From the NCBI GenBank assembly GCA_963815215.1, contig CAWFFU010000003.1, positions 384,001 to 448,000 of the forward strand: a stretch of 64,000 nucleotides of DNA, in the 5' to 3' direction. This document shows positions 21,524 to 37,320 of this stretch, piece by piece (positions within the stretch are counted from its first letter, which is position 1; each line of letters starts with the position of its first letter). The DNA comes from an uncultured Trueperaceae bacterium (GTDB taxonomy: Bacteria > Deinococcota > Deinococci > Deinococcales > Trueperaceae). The notes below the pieces were generated by a model. It saw only the letters and a list, made by a program, of their open reading frames with translations, ran no database searches and had not been told where the DNA came from. Position numbers and translations under genes: made by a program.

Positions 21524-22611
21524 TCCACCTCCTCGTCCTCGCATTGGCCGCGCTGCATCTGCAGGACCCTGCCGGTGACGCGGTCGGAGACGGCACCCTG
21601 GTGCCGCCCACCGCGCCGATCTACGCCAATACGGCCGCTTTCGATCTACAGTCGGTGACGCTCACGAGCGATCCCAAGCTGACGGTGCGGCTGGAGCTGG
21701 GTTCGTTGAGCAACGCGGGCAAGCTCGCCAACGGCTTCTCCGGCCCGATCATCGAGGTCTACCTCGACACCGCTCCGGGCGGCGCGCAGCAGCTTCTCCC
21801 CGGTTCCGCCATGGCGATGCCGCCCAAGCACGGCTGGGAGGTCGCCCTTCGCGCCACCGGCGACGAGGCCTACGCGGTCGAGGCCCAGGCCCACGGCTCG
21901 CCGGCCAGCTGGCCGCGCGAGCCCGTGACCGTCCAGGTCCAAGGCAACACCATCACCTTGCACACGACCCTCGTGCGCCCCGACCGGGCCGATCTCTACG
22001 CCCTGACGGGCGTCTACGATCCGTTCACGCAGGACGGCTGGCGACCGCTCAGCCGGACGGTATCGCCCTGGGCGTTCTCCAGCCCGACCCAGCCGGTGCC
22101 GGTGGTCGACCTGCTGGCGTACAACCAGAGCGCGCAACGCCGGGAGATCGACAGCGGGGTGCTCTCGCCGTATCGCTCCCCGTTCCAGGGGATCGGCTGG
22201 CTGGTGCTGATGGTGGTGGGCCTGATCACGGCAGGCGCGGGACTGGTGGTGCGGCGTCGGGTTCGGGCGCCGACGCCCGTCGACGCGGCGGTCGGCGGTA
22301 GCCCCGTCCCTGCCCAGGACGCCGCTCGCGCCGACGCGAGTGCGGCAGCAACGGACGACGCCCCGGTGGACGACGCCCCGGTGGAGGACGCCCCGCTGGA
22401 GGACGGCGCCATGGAGGACGATCCGGCGAAGGGCGGCGCAACGCAGAGCGTCGTCACGGGGGCCAGCGCCGGTGTGCCGTTCACGGTCGCGACCTTGGAC
22501 GAGGCGCCGGACGACGCGATGGATGATGCGGTCGACGATGCGATAGACGAACGGGCGGACGACACCGCGGAGCGGGGCGACAGCGAGGGGCCCGGCCAGC
22601 GCCGCCGCTGA
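21520..22611 (+). CDS. Membrane-anchored glucodextranase-C/DOMON-like domain protein with an acidic low-complexity tail
   Basis: Signal-like N-terminus, DPAGDAVGDGTLVPPT...FDL...GFSGPIIEVYLD, one TM near residue 225-245, Asp/Glu-rich repeats. Confidence 0.65.
   Translation: MIHLLVLALAALHLQDPAGDAVGDGTLVPPTAPIYANTAAFDLQSVTLTSDPKLTVRLELGSLSNAGKLANGFSGPIIEVYLDTAPGGAQQLLPGSAMAMPPKHGWEVALRATGDEAYAVEAQAHGSPASWPREPVTVQVQGNTITLHTTLVRPDRADLYALTGVYDPFTQDGWRPLSRTVSPWAFSSPTQPVPVVDLLAYNQSAQRREIDSGVLSPYRSPFQGIGWLVLMVVGLITAGAGLVVRRRVRAPTPVDAAVGGSPVPAQDAARADASAAATDDAPVDDAPVEDAPLEDGAMEDDPAKGGATQSVVTGASAGVPFTVATLDEAPDDAMDDAVDDAIDERADDTAERGDSEGPGQRRR
22354..22422 (+). repeat. Degenerate 15-nt tandem repeat (coding DDAPV/EDAPL)
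   Basis: GACGACGCCCCGGTG x2, GAGGACGCCCCGCTG, GAGGACGGCGCCATG, GAGGACGAT; a 12-nt DDA-x series follows at about 22510-22569. Confidence 0.8.
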
Positions 22612-22734
22612 GCGCTTCGGGCGCACCGGGCCGATCCCCACCTGAACATTCGGGGAGGCTCGTGGCGCTCGTCGTGACCGTCATCGTGACGCGGGCGTGA
22701 AGACTCCCCGGGGACGTTCGCGCTATACCGGGGC

Positions 22735-24279
22735 ATGGAACAGGGCACCGATCCTCTCACGATGCAGCCGGCCGTGTCCCCGGTCCGGCAGCGGCTCGCG
22801 GTCGGCGCCGGTGCGGCGCTGCTCTCCGGCGCGGCCATGGTGGCGAGTCGCCTCCTGGTCTCCGCGCCCACCCCGATCGACTCGCTATTCGACCTGACCG
22901 GCCATCTTCTGGGGGTGCCGGCGGTCTTCAACGTCATTCACAGCCTCCCCTACGGGCTCGACCACTACGCCAAGTACGCCCTGTTCGGGACGATGGCCCT
23001 GGCCTACGTGATCCTGTGGACCGCCGTGGCGTTGCAGTTGACGCGCCTGGCGCGCGCCTGGCGTCTGGTCGTGCCGGTGCTGGCCACGCCCGCCCTGATG
23101 GGACTGGTCCTGCTACCGCTGGAGGGGCTCGGCGCGTTCGGCCTCGATCCCAACAATTACGTCTACCGACCCTGGCCCACCCAGCTGTGGGCGGCAGCGT
23201 TCGGCGCCGTCTACGGTGCGGTGCTGCTGGTCGCGCGTGGGGGCGGAGCCGTCGGAGAGAGGGTCCACGATGCCAGCCGGCGCGCGGCGCTCGGTCGTAG
23301 TGCCCGTGGGTTGCTGGTGCTGGCGGTGGGGCTGGGCACGGCGCGCCTGGCGCTCGGTGCCCTGGCTCGGGCGGCGGCGCAACTCGAGGGACTGTTGGCG
23401 CGGATCCGGGGGCTCGGTCCGGTCGTCACCCCGGTGGGCGATCACTACGTGGTGTCGAAGAACTTCTCCGATCCCAGAGTCGACGGCTCGCGCTGGCAGC
23501 TCAAGCTGCACGGTCTGGTGGAGCATCCGCTCGAGCTGACCCTCTCCGATCTCGAGGCACTGCCGTCGGTAACGCGCAGCACGACCCTGATCTGCATCTC
23601 CAACGAGGTCGGCGGGCACCTCGTCGGGAACAGCCTATGGACCGGTGTGCCCATGGCCGACCTTCTGGAGATGGCCGGCCTGAAACCGGGGGCGACCCAC
23701 CTGATCCTGCGCGCCGCGGACAACTACTCCGATTCGTTCCCGCTCGACGTCGCCCGCCGCGACGGCACCATGGTGGCCTACCGGCAGGACGGCGAGCCGC
23801 TGGTGCGCGGCCACGGCTTCCCGGCGCGCGTGCTGGCGCCCGGTATCTACGGCATGAAGAGCGTCAAGTGGCTCGTGGACATCGAGGCCGTCGACCACGA
23901 CTACACGGGCTACTGGGAGCAGCGAGGTTGGAGTCCGACGGCGGTGGTACATACCATGAGCCGCATCGACACCCCAACGGCTACGGTGCTGGGGGGCGAC
24001 GCCGCCATCGGAGGCATCGCCTTCGCGGGCCTGAGGGGGATCCGCACCGTCGAGGTGTCGACGGACGGCGGCAAGGGCTGGCAGGAGGCGACCCTGCGGC
24101 CGGCCGACAACGCCTTCTCGTGGACGCTGTGGGGGTTCGAGTGGCAAACCGATCCGGGGCAGTACGACGTGCTGGTGCGTGCCGTGGATGGGACCGGCGC
24201 CGTGCAGACCGCCGAACGGAGCCAGCCGCTGCCTGATGGAGCGACCGGGTACCACAAGCTCAAGGTGAGGGTAGGGTGA
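22735..24279 (+). CDS. Polytopic membrane molybdopterin-dependent oxidoreductase (sulfite oxidase family)
   Basis: About five hydrophobic segments, then YVVSK, Mo-ligand Cys in TLICISNEVGG, WTGV, HGFPARVLAPGIYGMKSVKW, GYWEQRGW, Ig-like dimer domain VEVSTDGG-x-W. Confidence 0.88.
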   Translation: MEQGTDPLTMQPAVSPVRQRLAVGAGAALLSGAAMVASRLLVSAPTPIDSLFDLTGHLLGVPAVFNVIHSLPYGLDHYAKYALFGTMALAYVILWTAVALQLTRLARAWRLVVPVLATPALMGLVLLPLEGLGAFGLDPNNYVYRPWPTQLWAAAFGAVYGAVLLVARGGGAVGERVHDASRRAALGRSARGLLVLAVGLGTARLALGALARAAAQLEGLLARIRGLGPVVTPVGDHYVVSKNFSDPRVDGSRWQLKLHGLVEHPLELTLSDLEALPSVTRSTTLICISNEVGGHLVGNSLWTGVPMADLLEMAGLKPGATHLILRAADNYSDSFPLDVARRDGTMVAYRQDGEPLVRGHGFPARVLAPGIYGMKSVKWLVDIEAVDHDYTGYWEQRGWSPTAVVHTMSRIDTPTATVLGGDAAIGGIAFAGLRGIRTVEVSTDGGKGWQEATLRPADNAFSWTLWGFEWQTDPGQYDVLVRAVDGTGAVQTAERSQPLPDGATGYHKLKVRVG

Positions 24280-24298
24280 TGGTCCGCCGCCCCGTTCG

Positions 24299-25615
24299 TC
24301 AGCGGCCGTACGTCCCGGTGACGAACAGTTCGGGCTCGGGTGCACGGCTCATGCCGTCGCCCGAGCGCGTCACGCGTGCGCCCAGACGCGCCAACCGACC
24401 CGCGACATCCTCGTAGCCACGGTCGATGAACCCCACGCCGCTGATCTCGGAGCGACCTCGTGCGGCCACGGCCGCCACGATGAGGGCGCCGCCCGCCCGG
24501 ATGTCGGCCGCATGCATGGTGGCCCCCGCCAGCGGGCCCCCTTCGATGCGGAGCACGCGGTCGTCGAGCTGCATGCGGGCGCCCGTCTTGGCGAGCGCTT
24601 CAACGTGCGTGAATCGGTAGGGGTAGATGTCGTCGCGTACTGTGCTGCTGCCGTCCACGGTGGCCAGGAAGGCGCCGAAAGGTGCCTGCAGATCGGTCGG
24701 CAATCCGGGGAACGGCCCGGCGACGATGTCGGTCGGTACGAGGGTGCCTGAAGCGTCGATCCCCACCCAGTCCGGGCCGGCCTCGATCGCAACCCCGGTG
24801 CGGGACAGCGCCTCCAGCGTGGCGTCCAGGTGGTCCGGCAGGACGTTGTGCAGGCGCGCGCGGCCGCGGCTCGCGGCGGTCGCCAGCAGGTAGGTGCCGG
24901 CTTCGATGCGGTCCGGGATGGGCCGGTAGCGTACGCCGTGGAGGCGCTCAGCGCCGTGCACGCGGAGTACGGATGTACCCGCTCCCTCGACGGTCGCTCC
25001 CATGGCGGTAAGCATGCGCGCCAGATCGGGGACCTCGGGCTCGAGCGCCGCGTTCTCGATGGTCACTTCGCGGCCCGAGAGCGCCGCAGCCAGGAGCACA
25101 TTCTGGGTGCCGCCGACGGTCGAGACCTCGAAGCTCACGTGGCCCTGGAGCGGACCCTCGCGGCGCGCCACGAAGTCACCCTCGTCCTCGTCGACATGGA
25201 CGCCCAGGTCCCTGAACGCCTGGATGTGGCGGTCCACCGGTCGCGGACCGAAGGCGCAACCGCCCGGCATGGAGATCCGGGCCTCGCCGCAGCGGGCGAG
25301 CAGGGCCCCCATGGCCACGAAGCTGGCGCGCATCTTGCTGACGAGGCGGTAGGGCGCATGACAGGTGGTGATGGTCCGGGCGTGGACGTGCAGGTCCCTG
25401 CCCTCCCAGTGCGTCTCGGCGCCCACGTGGCGGAGGATCTCCTCCGTGACGAGCACGTCGCTGAGGCGCGGTACGTCCTCCAGCACCACCGGCTCGTCGG
25501 TGAGGAGCGCGGCGAGCATCAGGTACAGCGCGGAGTTCTTGGCACTGAACACGCGGAGTTCTCCCGCCAGGGGTTTCCCGCCGTGGATGATCAGGAGGTC
25601 GTTGTCGTCGGTCAT
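24299..25615 (-). CDS. murA: UDP-N-acetylglucosamine 1-carboxyvinyltransferase
   Basis: AKNS, KMRAS, PGGCAFGPRPVDRH, EPE, PDRIEAGT, FPGLPTDLQ, DIRAG, IDRGYE; GAGG SD before ATG 25615. Confidence 0.95.
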   Translation of the reverse strand: MTDDNDLLIIHGGKPLAGELRVFSAKNSALYLMLAALLTDEPVVLEDVPRLSDVLVTEEILRHVGAETHWEGRDLHVHARTITTCHAPYRLVSKMRASFVAMGALLARCGEARISMPGGCAFGPRPVDRHIQAFRDLGVHVDEDEGDFVARREGPLQGHVSFEVSTVGGTQNVLLAAALSGREVTIENAALEPEVPDLARMLTAMGATVEGAGTSVLRVHGAERLHGVRYRPIPDRIEAGTYLLATAASRGRARLHNVLPDHLDATLEALSRTGVAIEAGPDWVGIDASGTLVPTDIVAGPFPGLPTDLQAPFGAFLATVDGSSTVRDDIYPYRFTHVEALAKTGARMQLDDRVLRIEGGPLAGATMHAADIRAGGALIVAAVAARGRSEISGVGFIDRGYEDVAGRLARLGARVTRSGDGMSRAPEPELFVTGTYGR

Positions 25616-25648
25616 CCCTGTTCCTCGCCCGGCGTGCCTTCCGGTCCG

Positions 25649-25748
25649 TGTGAGAATTGCCACATCATGTGCAAGTTACACATGCGCTGCACAGGTAGTC
25701 TAGGCCGGTACCGCAACATTGTCAAGAAAATACATCAGATGCTATAGT
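25649..25748. promoter_or_regulatory. Divergent promoter pair for murA and the RHH-kinase operon, with a CRP-type box
   Basis: Minus strand: TTGACA(25725-25720)-17-TAGACT(25702-25697). Plus strand: TTGTCA(25719-25724)-18-TGcTATAGT(25743-25748). TGTGA-N6-CCACA at 25649-25664. Confidence 0.7.
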
Positions 25749-25783
25749 TGCTTGCCACGAGCATTCGCATGGAGAGGAGCGCC

Positions 25784-25993
25784 GTGCCCAAGCGGGAGAA
25801 AAGCAAGCGATTGCAGGTCGTCATCACCGAGGCCCAGGATTCGCTGCTCACCAAGACGGCCTATCAGCTCTCCAATCCGGAGCGCCTCGTCTCCAAGTCG
25901 GAGGTGGTGCGGCTCGGAATCGAGATGCTGAACCGCGCCGTCGAGGAGGGCCGGCTCGATCCCGAGCTGCTCAAGACGCTCGAAGAGCACTGA
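25784..25993 (+). CDS. Small putative ribbon-helix-helix DNA-binding protein
   Basis: GGAGAGGAG SD and GTG; MPKREKSKRLQVVITEAQDSLL...VSKSEVVRLGIE fits the RHH strand-helix-helix pattern; 15 nt upstream of the kinase. Confidence 0.7.
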   Translation: MPKREKSKRLQVVITEAQDSLLTKTAYQLSNPERLVSKSEVVRLGIEMLNRAVEEGRLDPELLKTLEEH

Positions 25994-26008
25994 GCGCGGC
26001 GCGCTCCG

Positions 26009-27862
26009 ATGTTCCATACCGGCGACCTCGTCGACAATCGCTACGACATCCTGGGTGTCCTCGGGGCCGGGGGGATGGCCCAGGTGTTCCAGGCACGTGA
26101 CCGACACCTGGAACGGGCGGTGGCACTCAAGGTGCTGCGCCCCCACCTCACCGACACCGACAGCGAACGGTTCCGCCGCGAGATCCGTGCGCTGGCGCGG
26201 CTGAATCATCCCGGCATCGTCAGCATCTACGACCTGGGGCTGGGCGAGCACGTGTATTTCGCGATGGAGCTCATCGAGGGTGGACCCGTCACCGACCTGG
26301 GTCCGCTCGAGGCGGACACGGAATCCCTCGAGAGGCTGTTCCGCGCCGCCATCACCGTCGCCGAGGCGCTCGGGTACGTGCACCGGCTGGGGATGGTGCA
26401 CCGCGACCTGACGCCCCGCAACATCCTGCTCACCCAGGAGGGGCATCCCAAGGTGATGGACTTCGGCCTGGTCCAGCTCACCGAGACCTCCCGCGAGCTG
26501 ACGCGGACCGGATTCACGCTCGGCACCCCGCAGTACATGGCTCCGGAGCAGGCCACCGGCGATGCGACCGGCGCGGCCACCGACCTCTACGCCTTCGGGG
26601 CGGTGCTCTACCGAACCGTGACCGGCGTCGCGCCATTCGACGCCGACAACGATCAGGCCGTGCTCTATCAGCACGTGTACGGCTCTCCCACCCCGGCCGC
26701 CGAGCTCAACGTCCAGGTCCCGGAGCCGCTGTCGCGCCTCATCTCAGGGCTGCTCCAGAAGGACCCCGACCGGCGGCCGCTCTCCGGGTTCGCGGTTGCC
26801 GACGCGCTGCGGGCGGTCCTGGACAGCCTGCGGGAACGTGCCACCCACGTGGCGCTCGGCGGACCCGGGCGCAAAGGGGTCTACCCGCGCGGACCGGCGT
26901 CCGCGGACCGGCTCACGCGCCAGTGGGTGCGGAAGCTCGAGGAGGGGCCCCAGTGGCCCGCCGGCATGGCGGCTGCGGGTGGCTTCGTGCTGGTGGGGCA
27001 GCGCAGCGATGCGCTGGCCGTGCTGCGGCCGGCCGACGGCGGGGTGCAGACGACCTTCGAGCTCCGGGACGAGGTCAGTCAGCCGCCCGCGTTCGCGAGC
27101 GATCGCATCGTCGTGGTCAGCCGGGACGGGGCCGTGCACGCGATCGCCTGGCCCCGCGGCGAGACGCTGTGGCGACGCGACGACGCCGACGTCGTGGGCG
27201 TGCTCCCGCTGGGCGACGTGCTGCTCGTCACCGATCGGAACGTCGGCGCAGCCGCCTGGGACCTCGACGGGACCGAGCGCTGGAGCTACGACGCCGGCGC
27301 GGCCGCCGCGACGCCGCCCACCGTGCACCGCGGCCTGCTGCTGTTCGCGACGGAGGACGGCTGGCTGCATGCGGTCAAGGCCGACGATGGGTCTCCGAGC
27401 TTCAAGGTGGAGGTGGGGCCGGTCGTCGCCACCCTGTCCGCCGCCGACGGGGTGCTGCTGATCCCCGAGCGCAGTGGAGCGCTGCACGCGTTCGACCTGG
27501 CCCGCCACGACACGCTGTGGACCTTCGACCTAGAGGGCGAGCTGTGGGCGACGCCGCTGATCTGGAACCAGCGGGTCTTCACGGTCTCCTGGGGGCGCAA
27601 GTTGCACTGCCTGTCATTGAGGACGGGCGACGACCTGTGGGTGCGCGACCTGCCCGCGGCCGTCACGGCCGCGCCCAGCCTGGCCTCGGGCACGCTGTAC
27701 CTGGGAACCGAGGGAGGCGAGCTGCTGTGCTTCGACGCCCGCAGTGGCCAGCTCCTGTTCCGCGACCGGGTGGGGAGCGGCGCCGTCCAGGCGAGCCCCC
27801 TGCCGGTGGCTGACAGTGTGGTGGTGGCGGCGCTCGACGGCACCGTGGCCGCCTACCGCTGA
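26009..27862 (+). CDS. Hanks-type Ser/Thr kinase with C-terminal PQQ-like beta-propeller (RqkA-like)
   Basis: GAGGMAQV, VALKVL, HRDLTPRN, DFG, GTPQYMAPE, DLYAFG; C-terminal repeats of the type LHAFD...LW / LLCFDARSG; no TM. Confidence 0.9.
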   Translation: MFHTGDLVDNRYDILGVLGAGGMAQVFQARDRHLERAVALKVLRPHLTDTDSERFRREIRALARLNHPGIVSIYDLGLGEHVYFAMELIEGGPVTDLGPLEADTESLERLFRAAITVAEALGYVHRLGMVHRDLTPRNILLTQEGHPKVMDFGLVQLTETSRELTRTGFTLGTPQYMAPEQATGDATGAATDLYAFGAVLYRTVTGVAPFDADNDQAVLYQHVYGSPTPAAELNVQVPEPLSRLISGLLQKDPDRRPLSGFAVADALRAVLDSLRERATHVALGGPGRKGVYPRGPASADRLTRQWVRKLEEGPQWPAGMAAAGGFVLVGQRSDALAVLRPADGGVQTTFELRDEVSQPPAFASDRIVVVSRDGAVHAIAWPRGETLWRRDDADVVGVLPLGDVLLVTDRNVGAAAWDLDGTERWSYDAGAAAATPPTVHRGLLLFATEDGWLHAVKADDGSPSFKVEVGPVVATLSAADGVLLIPERSGALHAFDLARHDTLWTFDLEGELWATPLIWNQRVFTVSWGRKLHCLSLRTGDDLWVRDLPAAVTAAPSLASGTLYLGTEGGELLCFDARSGQLLFRDRVGSGAVQASPLPVADSVVVAALDGTVAAYR

Positions 27863-27871
27863 ACGGCGGCC

Positions 27872-32446
<4,575 letters not shown>

Positions 32447-32689
32447 CGCATCCTCCCGTAGGGGACGAAGTTCGTGGCAGTCTGTGGTGAACGGAGGGCG
32501 CGTCCTCGGCGACTCCGTGGGACGCGTACCGATGGGCTCCCTGAGGAGCTAATCCTCGGGGGCCGTCCCCGGCATTCGAATCGGCAACCTGGTCAACGCA
32601 AGCCTCATGCTCGCCGCCACCTCTCAAGCCCTTGCAGGACGCGGCAACTCCTTACAGGACCGGCCGCTTCGCGAGCGGCCTCGATGCGA

Positions 32690-32718
32690 ATGATACCGTC
32701 CACGAGCGACCCTGTCAA
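32690..32718 (-). promoter_or_regulatory. Sigma70 promoter of gltB
   Basis: TTGACA (32718-32713), 17-nt spacer, TATCAT (32695-32690), about 240 nt upstream of the start codon. Confidence 0.75.
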
Positions 32719-32871
32719 CGCGCTGGGCGTCTCCGGCGATGCCGTCGGCGGGCTGTTTGTTACGTTTTCGAAGCGAAGCTGCGGCGTCCCCCTGGGTTTC
32801 GTTACGGCGGGTTGCACTGCGAGCGCCATGCGCACCCCGAAGCAAGGTTATGCAGAAGCGCGAGCGAGTGC

Positions 32872-34515
<1,644 letters not shown>

Positions 34516-34572
34516 GTCTCGCCTCCCGACTCCCCTAGCGGAGACCGCTTCGGACGCTTCGCCCTACGCCCG

Positions 34573-36132
<1,560 letters not shown>

Positions 36133-36181
36133 GTCGATCGACTCTCTCTCCGAGATCCCGGTCCCGCCGTGGCGCGCCGGG

Positions 36182-37183
36182 TCAGGCGTTGTCCTTCGCG
36201 ATGAACGGCATCATGTTGCGGAGTTTGCGTCCCACCTGCGACACGAGGGTCTCCCCCGTCGCACGACGCTGCGCCTGTAGTCGCGGCTGACCCACCTGGT
36301 TCTCGAGCAAGAACTCGCGGGCGAACGAGCCGGTCTGGATGTCGCGCAGCACGTGCTTCATCTCCTCACGGGTGCGCTCGGTCACGATCCTCGGTCCGGT
36401 CACATAGTCGCCGTACTCGGCGGTGTTCGAGATGCTGTATCGCATCCGCTCGAAGCCGCCTTCGTAGATCAGGTCCACGATCAGCTTCATCTCGTGGACG
36501 CACTCGAAGTAGGCGATCTCGGGCTGGTAGCCGGCGTCGACCAGCGTCTCGAACCCCGCCTGCATGAGCGAGGTCACGCCACCGCAGAGCACCGCCTGCT
36601 CACCGAACAGGTCGGTCTCGGTCTCTTCCTTGAAGCTGGTCTCCAGCACGCCGCCACGGGTGCCCCCGATGGCCTTGGCGTAGGCCAGGGCGCGCTGCAT
36701 GGCGGTACCGGTGGCGTCCTGGTGGACGGCGACCAGGCAGGGCACGCCCGCACCCTCGGTGTACACGCGCCGGACCAGGTGCCCCGGCCCCTTGGGGGCG
36801 ATCATGAACACGTCGACCCCGGCCGGCGCCTGCACCTGGTGGAAGTGGACGTTGAAGCCGTGTGCGAACAGCAGAGCATTGCCCTCGTGCAGGTGCGGCG
36901 CGATCTGCTGGCGGTAGACAGCCCCCTGGACCTCGTCCGGCAGCAGGATCATCACCAGGTCGCCGGCCTCCGCCGCAGCCTCGACTTCCATCACCCTGAG
37001 TCCTGCCTGTTCGGCCTGCTGCCAGGACGTTGAGTCCTTTCGTAGGCCCACCACCACCTCGAGGCCGGACTCCATGGCATTGAGGGCGTGGGCGTGTCCC
37101 TGGGAGCCGTAGCCGATCACGGCGATGGTCTGGCCGCTGAGGTGCTCGAGGTTCGCGTCGTCGTCGTAGTAGATGGTGGCCAT
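36182..37183 (-). CDS. ilvC: Ketol-acid reductoisomerase
   Basis: [51 protein letters not shown]. Confidence 0.97.
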   Translation of the reverse strand: MATIYYDDDANLEHLSGQTIAVIGYGSQGHAHALNAMESGLEVVVGLRKDSTSWQQAEQAGLRVMEVEAAAEAGDLVMILLPDEVQGAVYRQQIAPHLHEGNALLFAHGFNVHFHQVQAPAGVDVFMIAPKGPGHLVRRVYTEGAGVPCLVAVHQDATGTAMQRALAYAKAIGGTRGGVLETSFKEETETDLFGEQAVLCGGVTSLMQAGFETLVDAGYQPEIAYFECVHEMKLIVDLIYEGGFERMRYSISNTAEYGDYVTGPRIVTERTREEMKHVLRDIQTGSFAREFLLENQVGQPRLQAQRRATGETLVSQVGRKLRNMMPFIAKDNA

Positions 37184-37320
37184 GCTAGGGGTGCTCTCCT
37201 TACGTCCGTGGGAGGGCCGGTTGCGGCGTGGGCCCCGGGGGGCTCGATGCGGCGCACCGGCACACGTCGATGGGGTCCGGGCCAGGCGCCCGGGGGTCGA
37301 TGAAACCGGAACCCGCGAGC

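Noticed and set aside
22354..22569. Tandem repeats as a possible CRISPR array
   Set aside because: Units are 12-15 nt, contiguous, in frame and spacer-less; no cas genes in the window
25784..27862. RHH plus kinase as a HipBA-like toxin-antitoxin pair
   Set aside because: The kinase is a Hanks-type enzyme with a sensor propeller, not a HipA fold; a signalling role is more parsimonious, although toxicity was not tested
32447..32689. gltB leader as a c-di-AMP (ydaO) riboswitch or T-box
   Set aside because: GGTTGCCGATTC resembles the ydaO 5' end, but the CCCG-x-CAGCTAAC 3' element is missing on the sense strand; no GGTGGNACC T-box bulge and no terminator
37230..37305. Imperfect repeats (CCGGGGG..TCGATG) in the ilvN-ilvC spacer
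   Set aside because: Short, GC-rich and irregularly spaced; not distinguishable from chance
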